Part shown: piece after piece, positions 27,701 through 40,116 of the stretch
Numbering within the stretch: position 1 is the first letter of the stretch
Layout of the letters: the number at the start of each line of letters is the position of its first letter
Assembly: GCA_002633005.1 (NCBI GenBank)
Contig: NMRA01000105.1
Span: 62,001-126,000, forward strand
Origin: Phoronis australis
Taxonomy: Eukaryota; Animalia; Phoronida
DNA: 64,000 nt
Direction of reading: 5' to 3'
The notes under the pieces: generated by a model
The model's input: the letters and a program-made list of their open reading frames with translations, nothing else
What the model was told of the DNA's origin: nothing
Database searches by the model: none
Made by a program: the position numbers and the translations under genes

Positions 27701-29395
27701 CCTGGCTGGCTAGGCCCTGGGATACACCAACTTCACAGGGAAGAAAAGCAAATAGGTTGTCAGTATGCACAGGTTGATTTTTGGACTGGAATATGTAATT
27801 GCATGGCCAATCGCCTATATCTCTTTGTGCTGTGCAGCCTCAGTGACGCCACGAAAAACAGTACTTGCAGTGGGGCTTTACGGAACTAATTTTTTATTTT
27901 TCAAAGTAAGAAAAGAAAAATACTGTGCACTAATTAATACAATGTGAATGTCAAAACCAACCTTCTTATTAAAATGCTGAAATATGTAGTTCAGGTTTCA
28001 AAAAATGAATGGAAAAGAAAAAAAATGGCCACTAGAAGGCAAACAATAGTTCAAATCCATCAGAAAATGGAAAGGTGTCATCATCACTTTAATATAAACC
28101 AATTTGCCAAATTTAGTAAACATTAAATGTAGAGTAGAGTGGCCAATAGAGGTGGATGCCAAAACAGACTAAAAAATAATCAAACTGGCCATTCGGTGGA
28201 GTACATTACGTCAAGTCCACCTGAAAACGGAAAGACATTCTCACGTCTTTAATACAAACTTATTTGCCAAATTTCATGAAAATCCATCGAGGAACTCCGA
28301 CGCAGCGGAAAACGAAAGAATGCTAAAATTACCACTAGGAGACATAGCGGTAGTACAAAACTAATCTACGGTACTCCAACCTAACTCAGAACAGTAGAGA
28401 ACAATGTTTTCCATTCAACTGAGAACCATAGAGGGCAACCTTTTGTAGCATCAGAACACAGGCCCAGCCCATTCTCACCAATATACCACAACCAACCATA
28501 GAGTTGCTTTTAGCCTAGAAACCAATACACATTTTAGCCAATAACTTGAAAACTGACACCTGTTCAGTTCAGTTTTTAAAAATTATTCGTTTGTTCTCAC
28601 GAAGTTGAGAAAAATCGTTTCAATTCTGAGCATTGTGCGACCAATTTTCGATATCTCATAGTGTTAAGATTTGTATATAACTGACACTGAAAATCACCAA
28701 GAAGTCCATGCTGAAGGTACAACAGTTGTCTTACAGCCACAGAAATCCTGCAGTGTTTTCAATCACAATAAAGGGGCGTCAACTGGGATTAGCAATAATG
28801 AGTACATTCTGACAAACTACACGCATAGAATAAATGGCGTGTTGTCAGATTCGTAAATAGCACACAACTACGTTTGGTCAGGTGTTAATTATCTTAAAAT
28901 CAGAGCTGCGCTTTTTTTACAGCAGAACATCCGGTATGATAACGATAGTGGAGCACAAAATCCCATGATTGTGAAGCACTTAATTCTCTGTTTATTTCAT
29001 TCGGTAACAGAACCCCAAGACTCCTGTTCTATCATTTTATATCTACATACAAATATTCTGATGGAATGCCATCAGTTGGCATATTCCAACAAGTTATATG
29101 GATGGTGAAGACGCCCATGAAACAGTCCTAAGCTCCCTAAATCTCCTGTGTAATTGTGGGCTTGGGAAATCACTGATTGTCCTTTCTTAAGCTATGCTTT
29201 TGAGTCTCTACTAAGTCAATTTTTGGCTTTGATACAAATCGAGAGTGAACTCAACCTTGAATTCTCAATGTTATTGGAAATAAGTCGGGATTTTTTAAGC
29301 AACGCCGCCAGTTTAAAGGGTGAGGTCCTTATCATTATGACTCAATTAAAGGTTCAGTTTTTAGTTATAACAATAGAAAATGCCATTAGTCAAAA

Positions 29396-29865
29396 GGCCT
29401 TTTCATACCGACTTAACTCCGGAGCATTGACATCCACAGCGAAGTTAACTAAACCGTTCATACTGGTTGTGGTAGTTATGGAACATCGCAGTAAACGGCA
29501 GGTGACGCTGTTGTCATCGAAGTAATCGCAAGGTAGCGTTGCTCTCTAAGATTTTTTTAATGTGACAATTTGGGAACATTTACAAGTGCTAATTGACATA
29601 AAACTTATTTTTAATTCGATTGGTGATTATTCAAGCAAAATATAAGCACCTATTAGCGACTACACTATCCTTAATTGTTGATGATAACAGTGGCACCTGG
29701 CAATATCTTCGATGGGACCGAAGTTAACCGTTCATACTGTAAAATCCACCTGTTAACTGCGATGTTAATTGGAGCTGTTAACTTCGATCCAGGACCGAAG
29801 TTAAGCGTTCATACTGACAGCAACTCCCAAACCATCGACACTTTGACGTTAGTATGAACTTGGCC
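29396..29865. mobile_element. PIF/Harbinger-like MITE, copy 2 of the 3929 family
   Basis: ggcctttttcata...tatgaacttggcc ends; colinear similarity to 3929-4432. Confidence 0.75.
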
Positions 29866-30691
29866 TTTCAGAGGAGCTCATAATAAGATAAAATGATAGA
29901 AAATATAATATCTGTGAAACGACACAAATACGTAAAAGATTTAGGAAACTTGAACTGTTTCATGCAACCGGGCACTGGAGTCTCCAGTCATTAACATAAT
30001 TCTTCATTCTGTAAATGTTCAGGCACTGGCGGTTAACATCTAGATTTTATACAAAAAGTCGAGTGGAAGAATTGCGCAGTATAGGAATATAATTAAACAA
30101 TATGTCTCTTGGGGGGTATCGATGTTCTAACAACAAGACACTAGAAAATTACCTCTTGATGACTCAATACAGTATTTATTACATCAATCATACGCTATTG
30201 GAAGGGACATCCGGTTCAGTGTTCTCCATAACTAAAAACATGATCATGCGGTGTTATTCTCCAACACCACGTCACAATACTTACTTACGGTTAAGTGATT
30301 TTTGGCAGATAATTTTCGCCACAAAACTTGTTCTTAAAAACATTTGTCAATTTTCAACCTACTTCATATTCACATTGTCGCTATATGTGGTAATTCTAAC
30401 TAATTTGCCAAGCAATCACAGAGATAAAGAATTAGCCTTCAAATTCCACTTATGTCAAGAGATGTAAAATTCACCTCTTTCTGCTACACAGATTATTGTA
30501 GATTTACTGCGTATACTACGTAAAGCAAATTATGAATCTTAGGAGTATGAAAACGGCCACAAAAGCTAAGTTTAATTCTTAAACTAATTTTCGTAGTCTG
30601 ATTCCAGAACAAGACATACCGTATAACCAGCTGCAAACCTAAAAGTTTGGAAATACGATTTTGGACAACTCACATTGGTCGCACATCAGAG

Positions 30692-31662
30692 CAGGGCTTT
30701 ATCCATGATTTCTCGAAAACAGGGTGTCCAAAATGGGGTTCCCAATATTCTAGGGTGTCCATGATTCCAACGACGCGTAACCCCCACCCCCATTCACCAG
30801 CAATCCCCCCACACACAGTGACTTTTTTACAAAAAAATGCATAGACCAAGGCTTTTACATCTAAGTTTACAAAACAGCCCTCTGTAGTAAGCTTTTTTAC
30901 TAAAAAATTGTGTAGACCAAGACTTTTACATCTAAATTCATGAAAATAGCCAAGTAGAGAATTGGTTAAACGATGAGTGCACTTTGTTTTTGGTGATCTC
31001 AAGTCAAATTACTGTTATAAAGTTTATCATATCATCTTAACTAGCTTTAATATTCTGTAAAATGAGTCATCAGAGCTGCAGTTACAAAACAAAAAAAAAT
31101 ACACATGATGTGTGGTTCATATTTTGGCAATAGGTGTCACTGCTTTTCCGCACATTGAAAAGGATGAAATGGACGCAAACTCAAAATTTTAAATGGGCAT
31201 ATTCTTGTGGCACAATATAGTATTAAAATAATGACATTTATTTCGCTCTGATGTTTTTAAAAAAAGATGAAAATTATGAAATTACAGCTCTGAAACACCA
31301 GTTTGGAGTTACACAAAGGTATGACCCCTATATAAAGCAATGAACTACAGAGATAAAACCACTGGGAGCATAGCCAGCAGTGGAAGAAACTGACAACCAA
31401 ATATGTGCTAATGTTTAAAAGATGTGGGATACTAAATGCTTTCAACCTAGTTTGAACATGGCAACATTGTACATTGTATATTTCTTCCTGATTTGAAAAA
31501 AGAGCCAGCACTGTGAGCTCACTTCTCCCTTCAGCTATGTGCCTGGGCTTCCTAGTAATCATTACAATGTATGTGTCCAAACTTGAAAGGTTCCGATTGG
31601 CAGTGGGTGTCCTTACCAGGGCGTCCAGATTAGTGCTAGGACATACGCTGTATAAAGACCTG
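30692..31662 (+). mobile_element. hAT MITE, long form, older
   Basis: CAGGGCTTTAT...ATAAAGACCTG ends; decayed TSD CATCAGAG/CACCAGTG; colinear with 20816-21774. Confidence 0.85.
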
Positions 31663-33339
31663 CACCAGTGACTTGGGCATTCCAACTTATCTGTCTGAGG
31701 GAGTTGAATTCAGAATCACAAACAATGAGCTAGTGATTTTCATGCATGGCAAGGGCTGGTCTCCCAAATCAAACTGATGAATGCGTTTGGATCATAACAA
31801 GACAAAATAAATAACCAACCAGAGGTTTGCAGATTAAAGTGTCATTACACCTGTGATTCCTGTCAATAAAGTTTAAAGATGTATTTGCATGTTCTAACTA
31901 TGCTAATGTAAAGCAAGAACTAAACGCTATTTGAACATCATCTTCACTAAACAAAGTGCAGTCATATTCAATGACAACTTGTAAATTAAACACTCTGCAA
32001 ATAGGTGACTTTTGCACTGTTGACGTACTTCGCAGGCTCACATAGCCCACATCATGCAGTATTACTCCCAAACACCTCGTCACAATACTTACTGGACACG
32101 GTCGAGTGATTTACAGCCGATTATTTTTGAAACAAAACTTGTTTTTAAAAACATCCAGCAATTTTCAACATACGTCAATTTCACATCGTTACTATTTGAG
32201 TTTCTAACTAATTTCACCAAATAATCAGAGATAAGGAATTAGCCAGCAAGTTCCACTTTAAAGATTCAAGGCACTTACTACTGTGACATGGGTCTCAAAT
32301 TGTTTCTTGAAGTCTAAATTAGAGGTGATCTCAAGACTTCGAAAGAAGTAACATTTTATCATTGGTCAAGACTACAGTATATAAATTCATAAAATTTCAT
32401 GACCTCAAATTTAATGAGCTTTTCATGAGCTTTTTTACTAAAAGTATGGATTTTATGCCGATTTAAACAAGTCGACACAATAAAAATACTGTATAAAGGC
32501 AGAGGCTTATATCCAAGACATTCCTAGACATACAGCCTATTGAAATAAAAAATTAATACTTTATCAACTGTTACAGGTTTTGGTGAACTTGTCAGAATTT
32601 TACAAAGGGTTGGTATATTACAATTCTTTTAGCAGCAATAACAGTGGAATGCTTCCAAGTAATTAAGCATACTGTTTCTACCAAAACGCAGTAGCCACTT
32701 GCGAAAAATATTTTTTCTTAATTTTCAACAGGTGGAAAACGGCAAAAGTTCCAATACATTTTGCCACTCCCAAGGGACGTACGTGCATGCACTTTATTAT
32801 ATGAAGCTTCATAACGTGCTCAAATTTGAATACTGCAAACCCATAAAGAAATGACTGACCCTTGTGTTTTCACTTTTATTTCACAATTAATATGCATTGT
32901 CGACATTTATTACGCAGTTATCATATGGTTCTGAGAAACAGATAATCATTTACCTTGTGTTAGTAAATGAATAAAATCATGGTTCAATGGAAAGTACTGC
33001 ATAATCATGATAAACAACAGTAATGCTTCAGTGCGGTCGAATTGTACTATGATCCGGTCAGGTAACCAAGTCAAAGTGGGAATTGAAGCCATTGCCTTTT
33101 AGGACAGGTGATATTGGTATTAAGTGCACTCCTGTAACCCACTTTATGCAGGTAATAGTACCTGGCTAATTTAAGTTTGATTCTTGGTTTGGGAAATGAT
33201 TTTAATCGTCATGACAACCGTCATAGTCAGAGAAATTAAAACTTTTTGTCGTTAATTGAGTGTTGTGTAAGAGCAGTCTGTAGATAGTTAGGTGGTTGTG
33301 TCATTCGTAAATGTAGACAGTGCACACCATCTCTACTTA

Positions 33340-33565
33340 GCAGTAGATACGGTGGTGCTCACATAAGGCCTTCATACGCCCGAAGCTTTTCAGTGAATTA
33401 TGCCTCATACTGATTAAACCATAAAAGTCATTAGGCTATAAGTACCTTTTGCGAATAGAGGGACATATTACCAGGCCTTCGATGTTTTAAATTTCCTCCA
33501 ACTCAAACAAATATTCCCTTAAACGTTTTTTCGAGCAATCCCTCATTTAGTTGCCCAAATAGGCA
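33340..33565. mobile_element. Diverged solo arm related to the MULE-like family at 34241 and 36002
   Basis: gaagcttttcagtgaattatgcctca...taccttttgcg.atagagg...tccaactc.aacaaata...ttcgagca.tccct matches the TIR arm. Confidence 0.7.
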
Positions 33566-34240
33566 ACTGGTCATTTTCACGCTCTAAGCACCAGGGGATA
33601 TGGTGCCATATATCTTGACGGGAGCAGTGCAACTGCCACATAAAGAATTCAGACATTGTTACCAGTATAAATATGTAGAGCACACAACTTTGCTAATAAG
33701 AGATGGTGGGGCTGTCTAAAGTAAATGTAGCTTTTGCATGCGAGCTTGTGCGTTTAAATGCTTGGCCAGACTGATGCAGGTTTAATCCCTAGTTGGCCAG
33801 TCTGGGAACAACACAGTGACTGTAGTTAATCTAATAGCTGTTGGACTGCAAATGCAAGAGGGCAGTCCCGTATTACACAGAGACACCAGTCTCGTTGTAT
33901 TAACCCACAATACTGTAAACATCTGACAGCCAAATTTGCCGTCTCGTTTTCTTGCCACTGAAGTTTCACACGTTCTTTGTTGTTGTCTTATTCTTAAAAA
34001 GTTTTTCTTGGTTGCATTACTCAATTCGTCCCTCCAATGCCAATTACTGCTGTGCTGTGGGCTGCAACTCTGGCATGAAAAAGTTTGATAAACTGGAAAA
34101 ATAGTATCTGTGGATGCCTGATCTGAAATTCTTTGCCTTCCCAACATCTATGAGAGACATCAAAATGTGTCTGATTTCCAAAACTAGGTCATGTGCTTTC
34201 TTATCTCCAAGACAAAGGAGAGTTCTATCACCGTGTAATC

Positions 34241-35141
34241 TAGGCAATGACCATCGCCTCTGTTGGCCCGAAGCAGAGGCGATGTAGAGGCTATAGGCGC
34301 TCTGTACGCCGGAAGCTTTTCGGCGAATTATGCCTCGCACCGACTAAACCATCAAAGTCACGTTGTAATAAATACCTTTTGCGCATAGAGGAACACCTTA
34401 GGAGGTTGTCGATGTGTTTAATTCCTTCCAACTCGAACAAATACTCCCGTTATGAAACTTTTTCTTCGAGCAGTCCCTATTTCAGTTCCCAAAATCGTGA
34501 AATCAACTTTTTCATTTTTTTAACCAGGCCGAAGGTCAGAAGTTGCGGACCTACCGGCGAACTTTGAAAGCTGAAGTTCCCGCCCTTTGTGTAAGTGCTG
34601 CCGGGAACCAGCCGTGCATTTGCCGTGTTGTTAAACATTAAAATGTCAAATATATTCACAAAGACTATTAAATGTCATATCAACAGCATTTATTTTTATT
34701 GAATACAAACAATGATTCATTGAAATACAATCAGTTTCAAGTAACGCCAATTAAAGACAAGTATAAGTGGTGGCATTTTTGGAAACGAACATTTGACTGA
34801 CAAGACCGCAATGGCTCACCTTTGGCCTATTTAAAGATTGAGGTCATGAATTGGAGCGTGCGCAGTGTAAAAATGGTGAGTTCACGATTTTGGGAACTGA
34901 AATAGGGACTGCTCGAAGAAAAAGTTTCATAACTGGAGTATTTATTCGAGTTGGAAGGAATTAAACACATCGACAACCTCCTAAGGTGTTCCTCTATGCG
35001 CAAAAGGTATTTGTAAGAACGTGACTTTGATGGTTTAGTCGGTGCGAGGCATAATTCGCCGAAAAGCTTCCGGCGTACAGGGCGCCTATAGCCTCTACAT
35101 CGCCTCTGCTTCGGGCCAACAGAGGCGATGGTCATTGCCTA
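34241..35141 (+). mobile_element. MULE (MuDR)-like non-autonomous element, copy 1
   Basis: About 260 bp near-perfect TIRs TAGGCAATGACCATCGCC...; perfect 9 bp TSD CGTGTAATC. Confidence 0.9.
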
Positions 35142-36001
35142 CGTGTAATCCGGACAGGGTATTGTCTATTGAAATTCTATTAAAAACGAGTTGCATCACT
35201 GAATCATCAACAGAACAGTGCCAACATCACATAGTTTGGCAATAACAAAATAAATACAAAGAATGGAGTAAAATTTCAACTCTACATTCCTCCCAAGTCC
35301 AAGAGCACACTGAGAAGTCTACATCACGCAGCACTCAGTCATGAGTCTCAGCAGTGCAGAATCTGCCAGTGACAATGTTCAAAATGTTTTTGTCTGGGCG
35401 ATCGGCAAGTGATTTGGTTTCAGAAATCAGCAAACTTAATTATGCTCATACATTTTCTGCATGAACGACATAAAATATCACTGACTACACAAACAAAAAC
35501 ACGTCAATAATGATAAATAAAAAGAAATCTTACCAACTACGCCTAAATGCATTTCACAGAACAAATCCAAATGCCTACATTTCAATTACCCACAATTCCC
35601 CATGTGTAAATTGCAGTAAGGGGTATAAAACATTTTAATATTTTGAAAGTACTCCTGATGCAACTTTCCAAGTGAATTCATTCAATTTTACAAAAACTAT
35701 TTCACGAGCGCAATCAGAGATACGTAGTTCGAGTAGACAATAACGATGTCATCCAATTTGTTTATTGTTAGTTGTAACGACTGGGTTTCCGCTTCCTGTC
35801 GCCAGTTTGACTGGTGCGAGACGTGGAATTTCGGCGCTCGGTCAAAAATTGCAATACTTCAAGAATGCACCCGGCAATTTTAATTACCTTAGTTTTTTTA
35901 GCATGTTGTACGAACGTAGTTACATTAGAATTTTTGATCAGGTTAGTAAATACTCTGAACTGACTTATTGAAATTGAAAATGAAAGGTTCCATTCATTTG
36001 C

Positions 36002-36932
36002 TAGGCAATGACCATCGCCTCTGTTGGCCCGAAGCAGAGGCGATGTAGAGGCTATAAGCGCTCTGTACGCCGGAAGCTTTTCGGCGAATTATGCCTTGCA
36101 CCGACTAAACCATCAAAGTCACGTTGTTATAAATACCTTTTGCGCCTAGAGGAACACCTTGGGAGGTTGTGGATGTGTTTAAGTTCTTCCAACTCGAACA
36201 AATACTCCCGTTATGAAACTTTTTCTTCGAGCAGTCCCTATTTCAGTTCCCAAAATCATGAAATCAAAATTTTTGTACTGCGCACGCTCCAACTTTTACC
36301 GCGCTTGTTAGGTGATGTGACTTCATAACCTCAATAATTTTTAAATTGGCCAAAGGTGAGCCATTGCGGTCTTGTCAGTCAAATGTTCGTTTCCAAAATG
36401 CCACCACTTATACTTGTCTTTAATTGGCGTTACTTGAAACTGTTTGTATTTCAATGAATCATTGTTTGTATTTGATAAAAATAAATGCTGTTGATATGAC
36501 ATTTAAAAGTCTTTGTGCACATATTTGACATTTTAATGTTTAACAACACGGCAAATGCACGGCTGGTTCCCGGCAGCACGTACGCAAAGGGCGGGAACTT
36601 CAGCTTTCAAAGTTCGCCGGTAGGATTGCAACTTCTGACCTTCGGCCCGGTTAAAAAATGAAAATTTTGATTTCACGATTTTGGGAACTGAAATAGGGAC
36701 TGCTCGAAGAAAAAGTTTCATAACGGGAGTATTTGTTCGAGTTGGAAGAACTTAAAAACATCGACAACCTCCTAAGGTGTTCCTCTATGCGTAAAAGGTA
36801 TTTATAACAACGTGACTTTGATGGTTTAGTCGGTGCGAGGCATAATTCGCCGAAAAGCTTCCGGCGTACAGAGCGCCTATAGCCTCTACATCGCCTCTGC
36901 TTCGGGCCAACAGAGGCGATGGTCATTGCCTA
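36002..36932 (-). mobile_element. MULE (MuDR)-like non-autonomous element, copy 2, inverted
   Basis: Same TIRs; perfect 9 bp TSD TTCATTTGC; interior is the reverse complement of copy 1. Confidence 0.9.
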
Positions 36933-37092
36933 TTCATTTGCTTGCATTTTTAAAGCTGTATACTTGTGGCCGTAGTAGGAAACACGTCTTAGCCCCTCGG
37001 TTGGCCGGTTAGGGGCTACAATACAATTCCAATCGCTTTCTGTACGAATTTCGTCCCATGTATTTTAAATGGGGTTTTTGTTTATAATCCGA

Positions 37093-38340
37093 GGTAATTG
37101 GTTTACAATATGACGACATATACACATGATTTTGGTATCGTTCGATTCCTTGCAAAGTTGTCTTTCCAAAAATGCACAGAAATTTTTCCTACCCCATTCC
37201 CTTAATATTTTATCGTGAAATTTCAGCTCGCACTATTTCCAGGTTCACGGTAGTGATACCGCCATGTTGAATGGAAGGAGTCACCTGGCAGTCAAAAACT
37301 GAACTAATCTACCGACTTCTGCAGATCGTCGCTTTTCATAGGGTCAAATTGACCGAGACCCGTCTATTCCCCACCCGAGTTGTGGTCTCAAGGGTTCGAA
37401 TTTGACCCTGGTACGCATTTACTAGCACGAATGCGCAAAAAAGCGGGGGTTTGTTTTTGAGTTCCATATTGGTGAAAATTGTATCATTTCAGACAATTTT
37501 GTGGAAAAATGGTCAACTGGTCACAATTATAAGAAATTGGAAAAGGCGAAATGCTGCTGCTTTTTCCTCCATGTTATCTCAGGAAAACTTTAATGGAAAT
37601 CTCGTGCGGGCAAACCAGGCCTTTATCCAGGATTTTGAAAATAGGGTGTCCAAAATGGGGTTCCCAATATTCCAGGGCATCCATGATTCCGACGCGTAAC
37701 CCCCACCCCCAGCAATACCCCCAAACACAGATTTTTTTTACAAAAAAATGCATAGATCAAGGTTTTTACATCTAAGTTTATAAAACAGCCTTCTATGGTG
37801 AGCATTTTTACTAAAAAAATGTGTAGACCAAGACTGTCAATCAAGTGTCAAAATAGCAACAATGCATATACTTTGTATATACATTGTATATTTCTTCCTG
37901 CTTTGAGAAAAGAGCCCCCACTGTGAGCCTTCAGAGGCTTCCTAGTATTCATTACAATGTGTGAGTCCAAACTTGAAATGTTGCTATTGACAGTGGGCAT
38001 CCAAATGATACATTGGGGGTTCTTGCCAGGGCCTCCAGATTAGTGCTAGGGCGTCCATTTGAACTCCCAGGACGTACGCTGCATAAAGGCCTGGGGCAAA
38101 CACCATTCGAATCGATGATGCTGTTTCATTCATTAACAACAGGTGTCGCTATAATCTTGAGTTGCGCTGTCATGGCGGTGTCAACCGGGAAATACTGCAA
38201 ACTGAAATTTGACGATAAAATACGGAAGAAATGCGGTAGGGGATACGTTCATATATTTTTGGAAAGATAACGTTGCGAGGAATCGAAAGATACTAAAATC
38301 ATGTGTGTAGGTCAATGTCGTCATATTGTAAACAGTTACC
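37093..38340. mobile_element. Long-TIR element (MULE- or Merlin-like) hosting a nested hAT MITE
   Basis: GGTAATTGGTTTACAATATGACGACAT/ATGTCGTCATATTGTAAACAGTTACC, about 175 bp diverged TIRs; 8 bp TSD TAATCCGA on both sides. Confidence 0.8.
37616..38093 (+). mobile_element. hAT MITE, short form, nested
   Basis: CAGGCCTTTAT/ATAAAGGCCTG; perfect 8 bp TSD GGGCAAAC; inverted homolog of 10463-10956. Confidence 0.9.
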
Positions 38341-39227
38341 TAATCCGACTATTAGCATACATAATACTACTATTTTCTAAATCCTCTAGTCACGGTGATT
38401 CCAAAAATTATTACTTGTGCTGATTGGTCACTTCTTGTTTATAATTTCTAAGTTTTTCCAAGACCTTCATTTGCTACGCGGATTTAGTTAGGCAGCCATT
38501 TTTAAAAGTGCGACATCTCTTGGTAGGATTGATAACTAACTGTTTACCTGGAGTGAAGTTTGTTCAATGCAGAATGTGTTAAGTGTGTTCGCGTATTTTA
38601 GCCTGCCAGTGATATTAGTTATCTTATTTCCTAATTCCACTTGTTTGAAGCAGTTTTTGTCTCTGGAACGACACATGTCTGCCATAACACGAGCCGAGAT
38701 CATGTCCGTGAGATGTCAAGTGTTCGAGGACGACATTTGTCCGTGAGAACACACATTCTCATGTTTTTTCTGAAGAAGAAGCCTTGAAGAGGCAATCCTT
38801 TATAATGTGACTATTAGTTTTTACTCAAGAGTTTCCCTAATGTGCCATGCACAATTAGCCAATTTTGGGATCTTCTGACACATGCGTGATTATTGTAGTT
38901 ATCATTCCTGCCAAGAGGTGTCGCAGTTTTATAATGGCGGTCACTCGAGATTGGCTGCCACAGATGAACACTTGGTAAAAAACAGTGAATGCATGAATAA
39001 GAAGACCCTAATCTGTACAAGTAATACATTTTTGGAATCACCATGATCACCATGGCGAGAGGATTCAGAAAATATTAATATCAAGTAAGTACGTTAATGG
39101 ATTCGGGTTGTGAACAGTAACTTAAATGGGTAATAGGAGAAATCCGCTCACCGACTGAGAGTTTTCACCTTGTCAAAAATACTTCCTACTCTTAAAACTA
39201 TGCCTATGACTTAAAAAAAGCGCTTAC

Positions 39228-39547
39228 TTTCTTTTGTGGTCCTTTCTACTTCTACACATATCTTCGATGAAGTGTAGCTACTATAATTAAGGTAATGTTG
39301 GCGAAGAATTCCAACTCCACTTTTTTGTCATCGTTAACTTTTTCACCACAAAGTACTTCAACTGAGTCACGCGAGTTAGGCAAAGGCTAGCGCGAGACTG
39401 AACAAAGCGCGTGACGCTGGCGCGTGACACTTGCAAAATAGGATGAGAAGATATCGGGTGAAATTTATAAGATTTGTGTCCGCTGGACTTTTTATTCGTC
39501 ATCATGCGTGATTTCACATAACTTCCTCAAAATGGCACCCGGTAAGG
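39228..39547. promoter_or_regulatory. Probable bidirectional promoter with outward-facing first exons
   Basis: Local CpG enrichment with three CGCGTGAC/GTCACGCG motifs, ETS-like ACTTCC and YY1-like AAAATGGC. GTAAG donors point outward on both strands (- strand at 39223-39227; + strand at 39542). Confidence 0.55.
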
Positions 39548-40100
39548 GAAACTTGAGCAAACCGCAACAGATTTTCATGGATATGTTCAAGTTATGCTGA
39601 CTAAATTGTATCCAGAGTCATGGTTAATGTTAATTATAACTCTATGTTCCTATATATATGATTCATTTGATTTTATATGCTGTATTTTGAAATGCGTAAC
39701 TTTTTATGAGGATGTACTATTGTCCTGGATGCTTAGCAAAGTTGCAGCAGCAGGTTCTGAAATTATGTGAATAGAACCGTCCCAGATTACACTGTGACGC
39801 TCAAATCTCGTCTTTACACATAATGTCGTAAACATCCGTCAGTCACATTTGCTACTTCGTTTTCCCGTCACTCCCCCCAGAATGCCTAGATTAACTTGAT
39901 GCGCTAACTTTTCCTAGCTATTTCTGAGTAGTGAATGTAATCTATTAAGACGATGCTAATAAATGAAAAAGCGGTTTCCATAAATATCCACATATTAAGA
40001 ATTTTTAAAAACGTTTATGTCATTAAACTGACTCGCTTAAAGTACAGCTGAATTCTGCATCATTTGGGATGATTATGTGCAGTGTGTGAATAAAAAACTG

Positions 40101-40116
40101 NNNNNNNNNNNNNNNN
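40101..40116. other. Assembly gap
   Basis: Run of 16 N. Confidence 1.

Noticed and set aside
35531-35571. Possible small - strand UTR exon of the kinase (tag|GCATTTGG...GTTG|gtaag)
   Set aside because: Splice dinucleotides alone are not sufficient evidence; similar unsupported donors occur near 11510, 19275 and 24245.
34247-36926. Four similar ORFs starting MTIASVGPKQRRCRGY, suggesting a gene family
   Set aside because: They are the four TIR arms of two non-autonomous elements; there is no domain signal or splice structure.
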